Below are positions 1-14,091 of a DNA stretch of 64,000 nt, piece after piece; the stretch's first letter is position 1, and every line of letters starts with the position of its first letter. The position numbers and the translations under genes are program-made. A model generated the notes under the pieces. It was not told the DNA's origin. It was given only the letters and a program-made list of their open reading frames with translations, and did not search any database. Location: contig CAVNZM010000007.1 in assembly GCA_963693365.1 (NCBI GenBank), positions 7,871,962 to 7,935,961 on the forward strand. The letters run 5' to 3'. The DNA comes from Amoebidium appalachense (lineage: Eukaryota > Protista > Ichthyosporea).

Positions 1-1685
1 AAAATATCCCGAATGTTAAGCTCATTAGTTATATCTTGTGAGCTTAATTAATGATGTCGTGTGTCAGCTGGCTGGCAGCTAAGAACAAGAATACATGGTA
101 AGAGAGCCGCGGTACTCTATCAAAGTACTCTAAGCCTTGACCGTGTTCGTTTCATCATTGTGCTCCACACGTCCATTCTGCTGATTCCGACACACGCGAG
201 TAAAAAGCGCCTTGGGAAAAAGGTTTAACAATGCTTTGTAGAAAAACAACAACAATACATCAGAGTACTGTTTCCATGTCCGACAAAATAAGAAAGATGC
301 CAGTTCGAAGTATGAAAAGTCAGGACCTGGTGAGCCTAGAATCTAGCCCCAGCTGTTTGTGCGTGGCAGCATTGTGTGTGCAATGTGCGTGGGTGTGCAT
401 CTAAACCTATCAGTGTGTGTGCGCGTGACGTGTGAGCTGTGCCCATGTACGTGCGTGTTTGCCACTGACGTGCGTGCTTTTAAGTGCTTGCATGCATATG
501 CATGGAATGGGAAGTGTGTGTATGTATACACGTACATCCCTTGTGTCTGTGTACGTGTGTGCGTATGTGCGTGCGTGCGTGCGTGTGTGTGTGTGTGTAG
601 TGCATGCATGTGTAATACGTGCGCGTGTGTGCGCACGTGAATCTGTGTGGCTGTGTGCATGTGTGTGCCTACAATAGGTGCGCAAGTGTGCGCGGGGGCG
701 TACGTCAGTGGATCATCGGGGGTCTGGGGGGTGGGGGGGTGGGGGTGGGCCTGGGGGTATGGTGGTAATACATTGTGAAGGTGGTGGTGGTGGTCGGTGG
801 TGTGATGGTGGTGCCATGGGGTGCCACCGGGTAGCGTGGGGTGGGGTGGGTCACCCGGGGGGTGGGACTGGGCTGGGAAGGAGGGAGGAGGGGGGGGAGA
901 GAGAGATCTGAGAGAGAAAGAGAGAGAGAGAGAAGGAAGGCTGTACATGTATGTGGTTGGCTGGGTGTACACGTGCACAGTGCACTTGAACGCATGTGTG
1001 TGGACCCGTGTGTTACACTCCGAGCAAAGTCAGTCAGTCGGTGCAGCTGTGTGGCATGTCGACGTTTTGTCACCGTCACCGTGCACATGTACATGGCCCA
1101 CAGCAAGTGTTGGACAACGGTAGCCTCCCCCAAAACCATTGCAAATCTTTGTGATAAAGCAAAAAATAATTTACATACATAACACGAGAATATGACACAG
1201 ATTGAAGTTCGAATATCATATTTGTTAATTGTACACATGTATCGGATACCACAGGTTTAACATATTGTTCTAGATTTTCCTCGTATTTATTTTCTTGAGC
1301 ACTTTTGTCCTGAAAAAACCTGATGGCAGATTCTCAGAATACCTACGCGGAGGGGGAAAAAAAAATAATAAAAAAATTCAAATGTAAAAATTTGGCAACG
1401 TAGATTTAGAGTCTCGGGGACCTTTTGGAATGTTTATATTTTGAGTTTTGATTGGACTCCTCAATAACTTTATTGTGATTGGCTAAAACTAATGCGATGG
1501 TATGCCTTGAGCATTCCTGTGTCCTTTTTGTTTACATTTGAGTGTGACTGTGGGGCAGTCGGAGTCCACTCCCGTTGCTCCGTTCGAGTGGAGCCAGGAC
1601 TTTTGGAAAGCGAAAAACTCAGGCGCATTGCGCAGTTGTCAATTTCTACGGAGAAAGAGTTTACCTAACGAGATCGTAGGACTAA

Positions 1686-1693
1686 TATAAAAG
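1686..1693 (+). promoter_or_regulatory. TATA box upstream of lectin gene
   Basis: TATAAAAG about 95 nt upstream of ATG 1783; ATTGG (reverse CCAAT) motifs near 1451 and 1478. Confidence 0.5.
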
Positions 1694-1782
1694 ACGTCGT
1701 GCAGAGCAGTTGAAACCAGCATTTTGTTCAAAACCCACACACCTCCCCTCAAAACATTTGTTTTCCAGCGAGGCGGTGCACC

Positions 1783-1933
1783 ATGCAGACAATGAATCGG
1801 TGCCTGCTGGCTGCGCTTTGTGCGCTGTCAAGTCTTGCCCATGCCCTGCCTACAGAGAACGAGCAGGTAAGCTATTACGGGCGCATGGTCTGTCTGTTTT
1901 ACTTTTCCTGTTTTCATCCGTCCTCTTAGGTGC

Positions 1934-1971
<38 letters not shown>

Positions 1972-3287
1972 AGGAAAGGAAAGGAAAGAAATGTTCGTGG
2001 GTAGGAGCAAAAGGGGAACGTGACATTTTTCTTCCTGGATTCCCTCTGATAAACGGAAAACTCATCCGTCTGTGTAATGTCTGCCTTTTTTCTTTACAGG
2101 AGGTCTGAGTGATACACCTTTAGAGCACACCCTTCATATGGTTGCGGCTGTGTGAGAAACCACGTACTCGGAAGCTCGATGTTTAAATATGCCATATGCT
2201 AAAGGCATTCACACAATCCACGTTCTTCCCCGTAGTTTAACATGTTCTTTTCATTGTGCTTAGTATAGAAAATTGTATACATTCTAACCTACGTAGACTG
2301 CACATGTCGCAAAACAACTACGCCTGCTTGCGGCGATAGTGTGAACTTTCTGCCTGCTAATGTGCATAAACTGTGACACGCTGCTTTGAGATATGAGATT
2401 GCCCTGTTGTGTTCCTGCACCTGACTGCTGTGCATGATTCTATCCGATAGAAGTGATAATTCATGATGCCTATTATATGTATTAGAGTTCTTCTTTCCCC
2501 CCTTTGCCATTGTTTGTAGGCGAACAACGGCATGGCAAGGGGAGGAGAAAGGGAAGATTTCAAAAAGTCAGCCTCTGACCTGCAATCCCAAAGCACGACC
2601 ATAACCCCATGCTGCCTGTTGTGATGTTTGCCACATTTGATGCCATTATGACCGATTTATACCCCATATATCCACTTATACAACATCCATTTCAGGTGAT
2701 GGTGGTGTCTGTGCGTGCACGCAGACAGACCGATGTGTCCTATGAAGCCAACTTCGATACAGTAGTGAGCAACTCCGGCTCCCCCTCATCATACGACCCG
2801 TCCCCCGTGACCAACTATCCTGCTGGTGGTGGTGACCCATCAGGGTCCTCCTACTCATCTTCGTCACCGGGCAGCCCTGGCTCAGGAAGTCCCTTTGTCG
2901 ATCCGTATGGTGGCAGCGGGAATCCCAGCCCTGTATCGGATCCATCTGCATCCTCCCCACGTGGGAATAGTGAAACTAGCCCATATGCATCAAACTCAAA
3001 CTATGATTCTAGTCCAGTTCGTGCTTCCAGTGTGGGTGGGCCTTCTTCTGGCGGCGCGGGGGCAGGGGGTAAACCCCGGATTGTGACGGCGGCCAAAAGG
3101 CCCGGTGTAGTCAGTGCTGAAGTGGCATTCAAGAAAGCCGCCGAGGCTGCTACGGCCAAGCGTGGACCCATGGGAAGGACTATGGGTGCTGATGCAAATT
3201 CGGCAGGTGTGTGTGTGTGTGTGTGTGTTGTGTTGGGATTCGTGGTGTGTGTGTGTGTGTGTGTGTGTGTGTTGTGTTAGGATTCGT

Positions 3288-3325
<38 letters not shown>

Positions 3326-4252
3326 GTGTTGTGTTGGGATTTGTGGTGTGTGTGTGTGCGCGCGCGGGGTGGGTGTGTGTGTGGGGGGGGGGGGAGGGGA
3401 GGGGGGAGTGATGGGGGGTGTGGGGCGGGGGGAGGAATTTACCAAAATTGTTGGCTGCAACTAATTTCCATCGATGAGCACACTTTCGGCCCCATACATA
3501 CTACACGTGTACACCTGCATCTAAGTCAGCACACTTACTGCGTGATTCATTGAATAATGCACGCATGTGCACTTCGATTATATCCAACGCCACAACCCAT
3601 ACACACGCAGGACCACATTCCCTCCCAGGCATTTAACCCCAGCCGCTCACAACCACCAGATTGATTCACAATTCTATAAATACCCAGCCGATTTACCACC
3701 GCAGAACTTTAGTAAAACCATCACCCCACCGGAAAGCACACCCAATCACCATTCCGTGCCTATTCATGCACTAGCATGTAGCTACCCATATCTCTAACTG
3801 TTCATCAACCTACCGTTGCCATCATCTATTCACAAACGGGAAAGATATGCTCAAATGACAATGGCCATTATAATATTCACAGAGCTATTTATTTAGGCCA
3901 TAAGCTGGTGTGATAAAATCACGGATCTTCCACAAACATCCAGCTACCATCATGCCCGTATGACGATCTGCACATTGCAAAGATTTCTAAAGATATCTTG
4001 GTTTTGTCATGATTATCCACGTATGAACTATCCCCACACTGATATATCCCGACAACGAATTTTCACCCTGCAGGCACTGTTTCCAAGGACCTTCAGACCC
4101 TCAACGGATTGGACGAATACGAAAAGAACGAGCCACACGGTTTGTGGCCCGTGAATGTGCTCACCCAATCAAACAACCTACAGGCACACACACGTGCAAC
4201 TGTGCACATCACCCCCAAACATACGCGCACGCACGCACGCACGCGCACGCGC

Positions 4253-4312
<60 letters not shown>

Positions 4313-4372
4313 ATGTACACACGCATTGAATAAACACTGTCCATTTATACCTCGTGGAAATCCCCTCCCCCC

Positions 4373-4405
<33 letters not shown>

Positions 4406-4521
4406 CCTCACGGCCCCGCTTACCCCTTAGTGCGCTCTTCTTGCCCCCTTGCCCCATGGTTTTCGTTGTGTGATATATTTTTGACTTTTAGGTCACACAC
4501 TACATATACTGCATTCTTGTA

Positions 4522-4555
<34 letters not shown>

Positions 4556-4703
4556 AGCCCAACCCAACCCAACCCAACCCCCAACTTTCAACCCTCAACC
4601 CAAAAATTCAGAGTTAAGATGTAAGGACACACATATGTACATAGATTACCTTAGCTGCCATCCTTTTTCAACAAGTTTACCCCCCTCCCCTCCCCCCCCC
4701 CCC

Positions 4704-4734
<31 letters not shown>

Positions 4735-5043
4735 ACACACATACACCCACCCACCCACCCACCCACCCAATGGCCCCATGGCCCCATTATCCCTGCATAG
4801 TAGGGTTAAGCAGGCTCGAGCGATTTCCTACATGTGCATGTTGGTGGGCACATGTTTTTTTTTTTTTTTTTTTTTTCCTTTGCTTTTCTAGCCGCCTCAC
4901 TTGCCTTCCTTATATATTTCCAGTGATTTTGCTGTGTTAGTACCGAACCTCACGATCAACCCTTGTGCAGCCGTTCTCAAGGAGGGAGATGTTCTTGGCC
5001 GGAATGACTCTCTGACCAACAGCTGTGGCTACAAGGTATTGCC

Positions 5044-5080
<37 letters not shown>

Positions 5081-5137
5081 TCTTCCCAATCACCACCATC
5101 AAACAGAAATCCCCCCTCCCCCCCCCCCCCCCTTCCC

Positions 5138-5192
<55 letters not shown>

Positions 5193-5543
5193 GATTCCTT
5201 GACCATGACTTAGCTGATGGATCAGTAGATAGATCACATGTAATAACGGAGAGAGAAAGGAAAGAAACCAACCGACACAATTACACATTCACCAGCACAC
5301 AGCGTAACTAGCACATTTCCACCCCCTTGCAGCCAACTCATGCCCAGACCTCTTTCAAACCCCGTCATGAACAGTGTCCGTCTTCCTCAATTTTTTCTCA
5401 CGATCCCAAAAGTCCGCAACCAACCTTTCAGTAGCCACACCACTGATTCCCCTCCTATATCTCCCTTTCCTCGCATCATCCCTTCTCTCTCTCTCTCTTT
5501 TTTCCTTTTTCCCACTCTCCATCTCCACTCTCCCCCCCCCCCC

Positions 5544-5603
<60 letters not shown>

Positions 5604-6124
5604 ACCCCCCCCCCCCCCCCCCCCCCCCACACACACACACCCAACCATTCTAGGAACAAAAGCATCTGCATAGTTGCTCACACCTTCTGTTTGTTCTTTC
5701 GGTTCCATCTCCTTGCGTTTCCTGGCTTGGAATGTGTGCTCCTCGCTATGTGCAAACACATCCCCCCCCCCATCCCCCCTCCCCTACCACCACCACCACA
5801 GTTTGTCAACCAACCTGATGGCAACTTGGTGCTGTATCATGGGGAGGTGGCTGCACCCTCATGGGCCTCAAACACGGCCGGTGTCGGCGGCTCAAAGGAT
5901 GCCGGCAACTGGACTGCAAAGGCATGAATTACTACCCCCCCCCCCCCCCCCCCCTTGGGCGGCTTTTTCCCCTCCGACCAAAAGGAACAAGGAACTACAC
6001 CTAACGCACACGTGCGCGCCGTTTCACACGTATATGCGCTTGCGCACGCACACACACATTTGCCCGGCATGATTTCTTTGTGTCTGTGTACTTGGGCCTG
6101 AACCTGTGTCCTTCTTTGACACAC

Positions 6125-6157
<33 letters not shown>

Positions 6158-6234
6158 TTTTCTTTCCTTTATACCAGCTACCCTCCCCCTTCCCCCTCCC
6201 CTCCCCCCAAGTTACACGCACGCACACACGCACG

Positions 6235-6293
<59 letters not shown>

Positions 6294-6373
6294 CTTCTCC
6301 TTAAACCCCCTTTCTTTCTGTCAAATCTCCTTCTCGCTCAACTGCCCACACCTTCCCTCCTCATTCCCTACCA

Positions 6374-6416
<43 letters not shown>

Positions 6417-7180
6417 TTCCCCCGTCACCACCACCACCACAAACACACACACACACACACACAGCTACAAGCACCCCACCACAACTGACAACTGGCCACC
6501 AATCCGTAAACATACAGATGGAAAAAGGGAATTTTGCTCTGTATGCACCCACGACGTCCCGTGGGCGCAGCCGTCGCCCGCCCATCTGGAGCACCAAAAC
6601 CCAGGGAGAGGGAAACAAGGCCGTGCTCACACGTGACGGAAACTTCGTGATTGTCGATTCCCAGAGCAGAATTCTTTTCAACACCGTTTCTTTCTCGAAG
6701 ATTCCGTGCGTAGCTGCACGCGCCAAACCAGTTGCCCAATCACCCGCCGGCACACCTCAAGGGGCAGCCAATCCGATGGGGGCTCCCGCGCCTGCTCCCG
6801 CACAAGTTCCCGCTCCTGCTCCCGCTCCCGCACAAGTTCCCGCTCCTGCTCCCGCTCGCGAACAGTATCCCGCACAAGTTCCCGCTCGCGAACAATATCC
6901 CGCACAAGTTCCCGCTCCTTCTCCCGCTCGCGAACAATATCCCGCACAAGTTCCCGCTCGCGAACAATATCCCGCACAAGTTCCCGCTCCTGCTCCCGCT
7001 CCCGAACAATATCCCGCACAAGTTCCCGCGCCTGCTCCCGCTCCCGAGCAGTATCCCGCACAAGCTCCCGCGCCTGCTCCCGCACAAGTTCCCGCACCCG
7101 CACCTGTGGGAACGGATGGGACTCAGAACAAGGACAACCCTCTTACGTTTGGTACGTTTATTGTCCCGGAAGGGCAGTAA
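1783..7180 (+). CDS. Secreted bulb-type (GNA/B-type) mannose-binding lectin domain protein with Ser/Pro/Gly-rich N-region and Pro/Ala repeat C-region
   Basis: Exons approx. 1783-1866 (MQTMNRCLLAALCALSSLAHA, signal peptide; gtaag donor), 2696-3206, 4074-4183, 4892-5035, 5802-5921, 6518-7180. Motifs FVNQPDGNLVLY (QxDxNxVxY), WASNT, EKGNFALY, IWSTKT and LTRDGNFVIV are typical B-lectin repeats. Some internal splice sites are uncertain. Confidence 0.8.
6783..7106 (+). repeat. Coding tandem repeat (PAQVPAPAPA / REQY units)
   Basis: Repeated cccgcacaagttcccgctc and gcgaacaatat blocks, in frame in the last lectin exon. Confidence 0.9.
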
Positions 7181-8395
7181 TTCAAGTCGATTTGATACTT
7201 TTCGACGGTGTCCAAATAACGGTGTCTGGACTTACTATCGGTTTTTACCGTTCAAGTGACTGAGCGATCTTAAGGCCCCTAAACGCACCTACAGTGTGAT
7301 TAGTGAGCGAACATGCTTAGGACATAAATCATAAATGACTGATTCTTATTGGTGGCTAGTTTTACAGATAGTTTACCAGCGCATTTGATATTAAAACGTG
7401 TGCTCCGCTTACTCTAGTGCACGTCGCGGTGGTGGTGTGCATGATTATTCTCCCCTTCTGTGCTTTACCATGTGGTAATATGTAGCCACATAAGAAGGCT
7501 ACATGGTTTATAGAACGGTGGTGACTCTCACCGTATTTGAGAAGCTAAAACAAGGGTTGCTTTATTTATATAAGTTACCTTCTATGTTTATGAAGCATAT
7601 AAACTGGCAAAAAAAAATAAAAAATGCTGGTTACTTGTGTCAGTTTCATAGGGAAGTGATTGTCGACTCATGTCACGCAATGTAGCATGAGCTGCTGCAT
7701 CATCAAATAAACACTAGCTTCCATAAGCATTTCCGATTAACATCTAAGCTTAAAAATATAAGTCATATGATTCTGTTTAAATTTTACTATTAACTTTCCC
7801 TTAAAGCTTTCCTCGCGAATGCCAAAATTTTCTGGTCCATCATGATCAATCCTTGTGACATATCGCAGTATAATGATGGTCCCTCACACCAGCTCCACGT
7901 AACCCCTGAGGACTAATAACGGCATTAACTTTGGTGTATAAAGAAGAGAGAAGAGCGGAAAGTCACAGAAGAAGGGGTTAGGCTTAGTATTATTTGTAGT
8001 GAGGGCTGTGCAAGAGCAAAGGTGTGTGTGTGTGTGTGCCAAAGTGTGCTGCATGTATATGCATATGGGCTGCATGTGTATGTACGTGTATGTGTGCATG
8101 TGTTGTTGCATACGTGTGTTCGTGTGTGTCTGTGTGTGTGCGTGCAGCTTCTGAACACGGAGGCTTCGAAACATAAGTCGATATATCTTGCAAACATGAT
8201 CATAAAGCAACGCCAATTCTTTCTAACCGTGCGCACAGGCCTGGCTCCCCCCCCCTTCCCCTCCACCCCACCCACCCACCCACACGCATACGTCACATGT
8301 ACGCACACACACCCCACCTCCACAACCACCAAACTAGTGAAAAAAAATAAATTGGGAACCCACCACACCACACCCATCCATCCACACGTACACGC

Positions 8396-8430
<35 letters not shown>

Positions 8431-9323
8431 GGAAAAACCCCCCCCCCCCCCACACACACACCCATCCACCCACACCACACGTACACCACACACACATGTA
8501 CAGGTACCGACACACACTCACGCACGCACACACACATGTACATGTACATGTATGTACACGTACGTTTCCAAGCATAAAATCATATACATGTGCACCAAAA
8601 CACACACACACACACACACGGGCACGCACGCACACACACTCACAGGAACGTTAACAAGAGAAAAACGTCGTAGTTATATGAGAAAATTCTGTATGCATGT
8701 ACAGCTGTGGGGAGGGAATGTGCCGTTGCATGCAGTTTCGAGATTAGAACAAAGCTCGTCACCAGGACGCCGATCGCGAGCGCGAGCGCAATTGCGATCG
8801 CGGCCTAATACCCTTCACTCCCTGTGTCTGATCATGAAATAGCCGCCACATTTCTTTATTGAGAATTTAGAGGTCACCAAAAACGGCAAAAAGGTGGCAC
8901 GAATGCATAGCAACGTGTGTACACATACTCGCATACTCGTGTATACATCGATATCATCAAAAGCGGGATAGAATACAGACAAACACATTACAGAGAGTAG
9001 GGTTTTTTTTGCAACAATTCAACGCTACCGCAGATCAAACACAACGTTAGGCAATGCCTGAGTGATATTTGCCCATGGCTGTAACAGTCAAAGATATGCA
9101 CTTCTTGCACAAAGTGAATGAGGATATATGTCGATATTATTATTCTAAGTCTACCATGTCTAGGTCGTCAATACCTGCCGTGAAAAAAAAAAAAAAGAGC
9201 GTGGATGTGTGTGTATATGTGTGTGTGTGTGTGTGCACACGGCCGTGTGTGAGCATACGAGCCAGAAAGAGTGAATGTAGCTGTGCTTGTGCATGTCCGT
9301 GAGTCTGCGTGTGTTCACGCGCC

Positions 9324-9358
<35 letters not shown>

Positions 9359-9402
9359 TGAATGTGAGTCTGTGAGTCTGTGAGTGTGAGTGTGTGTGTG
9401 TG

Positions 9403-9478
<76 letters not shown>

Positions 9479-10171
9479 GTGAATGTGAGTCTGTGAGTGT
9501 GTGTGTGAGTGAGTGAGTGTGTATGTGTATGTGTGCGTGCATGCTTGTCCGTGCATGTGTGCACGATATCCTAATCTTCCACGAAAACATAGTACGAAAG
9601 CGACAGAACTCGAACTAATCTTACATAAAAAAACAAATCAGCAACAGAGTATAAATCCGCTTACTCGTACAGGCACACAGAAACATTCATCAGCTTGCGT
9701 ATGGCCCGTCATTCGCAGCACCAGAACTCTCTCTTCCACCCCTCTCAACAAACAGACATGACACTGTACTGCCCCGAGATCTTTTTTTCCGTTTTTCTTT
9801 TCTTTTTTCGCCCTTTTTTTTTGGTTCGTTTTTTCTCTGTTCGTTTAGTGAAGGTTAAAACTATTTCAGAAAGTTATTTCGATTGCTGCTCCAATTGTGT
9901 TCTAGACAAACAAAAGCTGTATCCCTATTGGGCAGCAGCACAATCCCAACAATCTTAACTGCAACGCGCGCGTCGATAAGCGCCCACAAACCACATACTT
10001 CATTTCTCGTTCGCATAAAACCGTATATTTTTGAAAACCGCCCATCAGTCAAGCCCCCCTCCCCCCTCCCCCTCCCCCCCCCTCTTTCTCTCTTTCTCTC
10101 CATCTCCCCCCCCCCCCTCTCTGGGACATATAACCCATCCTCTCTTTAATACCTTTTAAAGTTTTTCACGT

Positions 10172-10414
10172 TCACTTGTTGCGTCTAGCCTGCTCCCAGA
10201 CGCCATCTTCCCCTTCCTGGGCATGTGCATCTGAAGTTGGCACACTTGGGGCGTGGTTGTCCTGTGTATGGGTATGTGTGAGTGCACATGTTCATGAAAA
10301 CATTACTGGGTGTAAGTGGTGTAGTGTGGGGGGGCAAGGGGAGGATGAGGAAGAGGAGGAGACCGAGGAAAGGGGGGGAGGGGGTGGGGTGGGATGGGTG
10401 GGTGGTGTGTGTGT

Positions 10415-10461
<47 letters not shown>

Positions 10462-10885
10462 AGGGGGGCGCTAAGCAGTAAGCACTTACACGGGCACACA
10501 AAGAAGAACATGACACACGGCCCACTACTTCTGTTGCGTGCATATGACTGCAAAGGTATATGCAAGATAGGCATATGGTTCAGGGGTTGCAAAATGAGGG
10601 GCTGCTTGCATACACCGGTGATTTTGTGTATATTGTGTACAGAAAGAAACACGGACACATAAACCTAAACAAAAAAGCACACACAGGCATACATGAAGAT
10701 TATGTGCACATGTGTGGCGAGTGTTTTGTGTGTTCTGGTGGAGTGGTGTCGGTACTCGTGGTTGCCTCTTTCTCTTCCTCTTGCTTACTCTTTTGTTCTC
10801 TTACACGCCCACCAACCCAACCGAAACCCTCCCCCCCCCCCTTCCTCCCTCCCTCCCCTCCCCGTGTGTATGTTGTGAGTGTGTC

Positions 10886-10924
<39 letters not shown>

Positions 10925-12715
10925 CGTGTATGTGTGTTGTAGCTGTGTGTGAGTGTAAGTGTTTGGGTGCGCGCACACGTGTCTGTCTGTGTAAAAGGGG
11001 GGGGGGGGAGATGGACATACAGGCATTGGTGAGCTGTGGGCATCCTTTGTGGGGCTGCTATTCTGTCTGCGCAGCATCTGTGCATAGCTCCTGCCCCCCT
11101 GGTTCTCACTACCACTCTCTATCCATACCGGTCCCCCTGAGGGGGCGGGGGTGGGGGTGGCGGTGGGGTGGTCGTCTTTGCTGGATGAAGATGGTGAGGA
11201 GCAGGGCGGTGAAGATGGGTGTGCGGATGGCTTGGTTCCCTGTGCGCGCCTGTGTGCAGGGGAAAAAAAGGGGGGAAGGGGGAGGAAGAGGGGGGGGAAA
11301 AGAGAGGGGGGGGAAAAAAGACAACGGGTGTTAGCAAGGAGAGAGGAAGAGGGAGCAGGAGAGATGCGAGTGTATAATGTGACTTCCCCCTGCCACCTCT
11401 CAGCATTGGCTCTAGTTTCCAGGGACATGAGCTTGTGGGTGTGTGAACAAACGGCTGCATAAGGTGCACTTGCACCAGTGCCTTGTGGCCCCAGAAAACG
11501 TAGTGCCATCCCCCCCCCCCCCCCCCCCCCCCCCCGGCGGTAGTAGGGCCCCTTTCAAAATCTAATGGCTGAGCCGGTGTATGCTCTCTCATTTGTGTGC
11601 GTGCATGTGTGCTTGTCAATGTGTTCTTGAGTACGTGCCCGTGGGGTATCCGAACATGTGCGGTGCATTAGCTCCCCCCCCCCCCCCCCCCCCCCACCCC
11701 ACAACAACGCAAAAAGGCACACACAAACACACGCACGGAGGTGCACACACACACAAACATGCACACGCACACGCACACGCACACACACGCACACACACAC
11801 ACACAAACCAGAGCAAACATCGTTTCCCTCAAACCATACCCGTGCCTGAAATACATAGAGCAGGATAACCAACAGAGCACACACCCCAAATCCACCCTCC
11901 CGACCACACACTCCCCCGATGCCAAATGCCCCTATGTACCATATGGATACTCACTGGGGTGTGTGCTGTGCCACACTCTTCTTTGTGTCCTTTTCCTTGC
12001 TGATGCCTACAGTCTTTACCCTGCAACACACACGTCAGTGTTGGCTCTAATATGTACCTTCCACGAGAAGACACTCCGAAGTTAAAGCTCGATCGACATC
12101 GATTGACCCAATTTTAATATCTAATGGTTGCCAATCGTTATATTTTTATAGTTTGATCCCTGACCAAATTGATTTGATGATCGGTCAATACCTGGTTCTC
12201 GAATTCAATCGACATCTGGTGAAAAAGGTTCTTTAATGAAAAAAACACACATCCTAATAAAACAATTTCTGTTTGCGTGTCGCTAATAAACAAATGGTAC
12301 CACTCGATAGAGCAAAAAAATTAGCTTTCATATAATTATAGGGTCGAGGGGGTTTCGATCGCTGCGATGGGTCGAAAATCACAAAAAACAAAAGGTGTCT
12401 TCTCGTAGAAGGCACATATTAATACATTCACTTGTACCCTTCCCCCCTCTTCACCCCCCCTCCCTCCTCCCCCCTCCCCCCCCAACCATCCCATCCATCG
12501 TATCCCCAGAAAGTCACAAACATTCACACCAATCAAGCACCACCACCTTTCTCTTGCCCCCGTAACGTCAGATGCACCCGGCAGCATGAAAGGACACACG
12601 TGTGCGCAATCCCTGCTTCAAACTTTGCCTGCACACATGCCAGAAAGCACACACACACAAACACACATGATCGTACTCTTACCAGCTCCCCATGGTGGGG
12701 GAAGAGGGGTTGAAG

Positions 12716-12759
<44 letters not shown>

Positions 12760-13425
12760 ACCCCCCACCCACCCAAACACACACACACACACAAAACATC
12801 AACAAAGAAAATAAAAAAGCATACACACACAGAAGCCCAACGAAAAAAATTTCATCACCATCATCCTTATTTTCGGGGGGACACATACGGTTTTGTAGTG
12901 CGGGGCAGCATGTCTGCGGTTGCAGCGCCCTGCAGGTTGACCTTCACGATGTTGCCCCATCCCCCCTTGCTGGGTACTGCACTGGCTGATGCTGCTGACT
13001 CGGTGGTGGGTTTGCTGCCGGCAGCAACTGGATATTGTGCTAGTTAGAAAAAAGAAGGAAAGAAGTAAAGACATATCTGGGGGGAAGGGGGAGGGGGGGG
13101 GGGGGGGGGGGGGGGGGGGAGGTTGGAATCCACAGTAAAAAAAAGTCAAATCACCGTTAATTCTTTTGCATATAGCCTCCTGGCCAGAGTCGAAAATAGG
13201 AAGGAAGTATGAAGGGAGAAATGAAGACTTCAGAAAAGAACAACGGTTAACACACAAGAAACGACGACACAAAACAGGGGGGGGGGAGGGGAGTGAGGGA
13301 AAGGAAAAGGGATGGTTACCTGTGGGCTTTGTGTCCGGCTTCATCTCTGGTGCCGACTGTGTAGTTGGCAGTGGGGGGAAGCTCTCGTTGTTCATCACTG
13401 GGAATGCACAGTACTTCAATACACT

Positions 13426-13493
<68 letters not shown>

Positions 13494-13654
13494 AAAAACT
13501 CTGGGAGACCACAAACACAAAAATCATAACCAGCCTCCCCCCCCCCCACCCCCCACCTCAATTCTTGACCAGAGAAAAGAAAAACAGGGAAGGGACGAAA
13601 AGAAACAAAACAAGATGTGCTTGCACAAGCACAAAGAGAAGAAAAAGGGCGCAC

Positions 13655-13701
<47 letters not shown>

Positions 13702-14055
13702 CTTTTAGAGCTCACCAAGAAAACCCCACACGGATACACCCATAAACACACCTCGGACCGACCCTGCAAGATACATCACACACAAACCCACACACAGCCA
13801 TCGACAAACACCATTGTAACAGCCCGACACAAGATCAACCATAGTTTGTGTCTAAAGGAAAAACAAACACATTCACACACCCCACACCCCGAGTGCTGCA
13901 CACAGTACTTTCTGTACCTGGGATGGGGGCGTTGAAAGGGGCTGTGCCTGATAGGGGGCTGGCCGTGCCGCTCCTTGTCTGCTTCAAATCAGGATCAGAG
14001 GTTCAGAAGGTGTAAGGGGCTCCCCCAAACCACACACACACACACACACACACTA

Positions 14056-14091
<36 letters not shown>

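Noticed and set aside
343-1238. Several overlapping ORFs at the window start
   Set aside because: Mostly microsatellite and G-run translations; no recognisable domain or consistent splice model in 1000-1200
6678-7263. Alternative-frame and antisense ORFs (RELVRE, SRTSSRS repeats)
   Set aside because: Shadows of the stop-free coding repeat in the lectin gene
8772-8806. GC-rich palindromic patch gatcgcgagcgcgagcgcaattgcgatc
   Set aside because: Short, single copy, no recognisable RNA or element context
7884-9600. ORFs rich in HT/VC/PP repeats
   Set aside because: Translations of (CA)n and poly-C; likely intergenic or 3'UTR
10700-10800. Alternative LARP4 terminal exon (SKQEEEKEATT...)
   Set aside because: Only a weak AAG acceptor; the 10261-10172 exon has a better acceptor. 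Cannot be fully excluded
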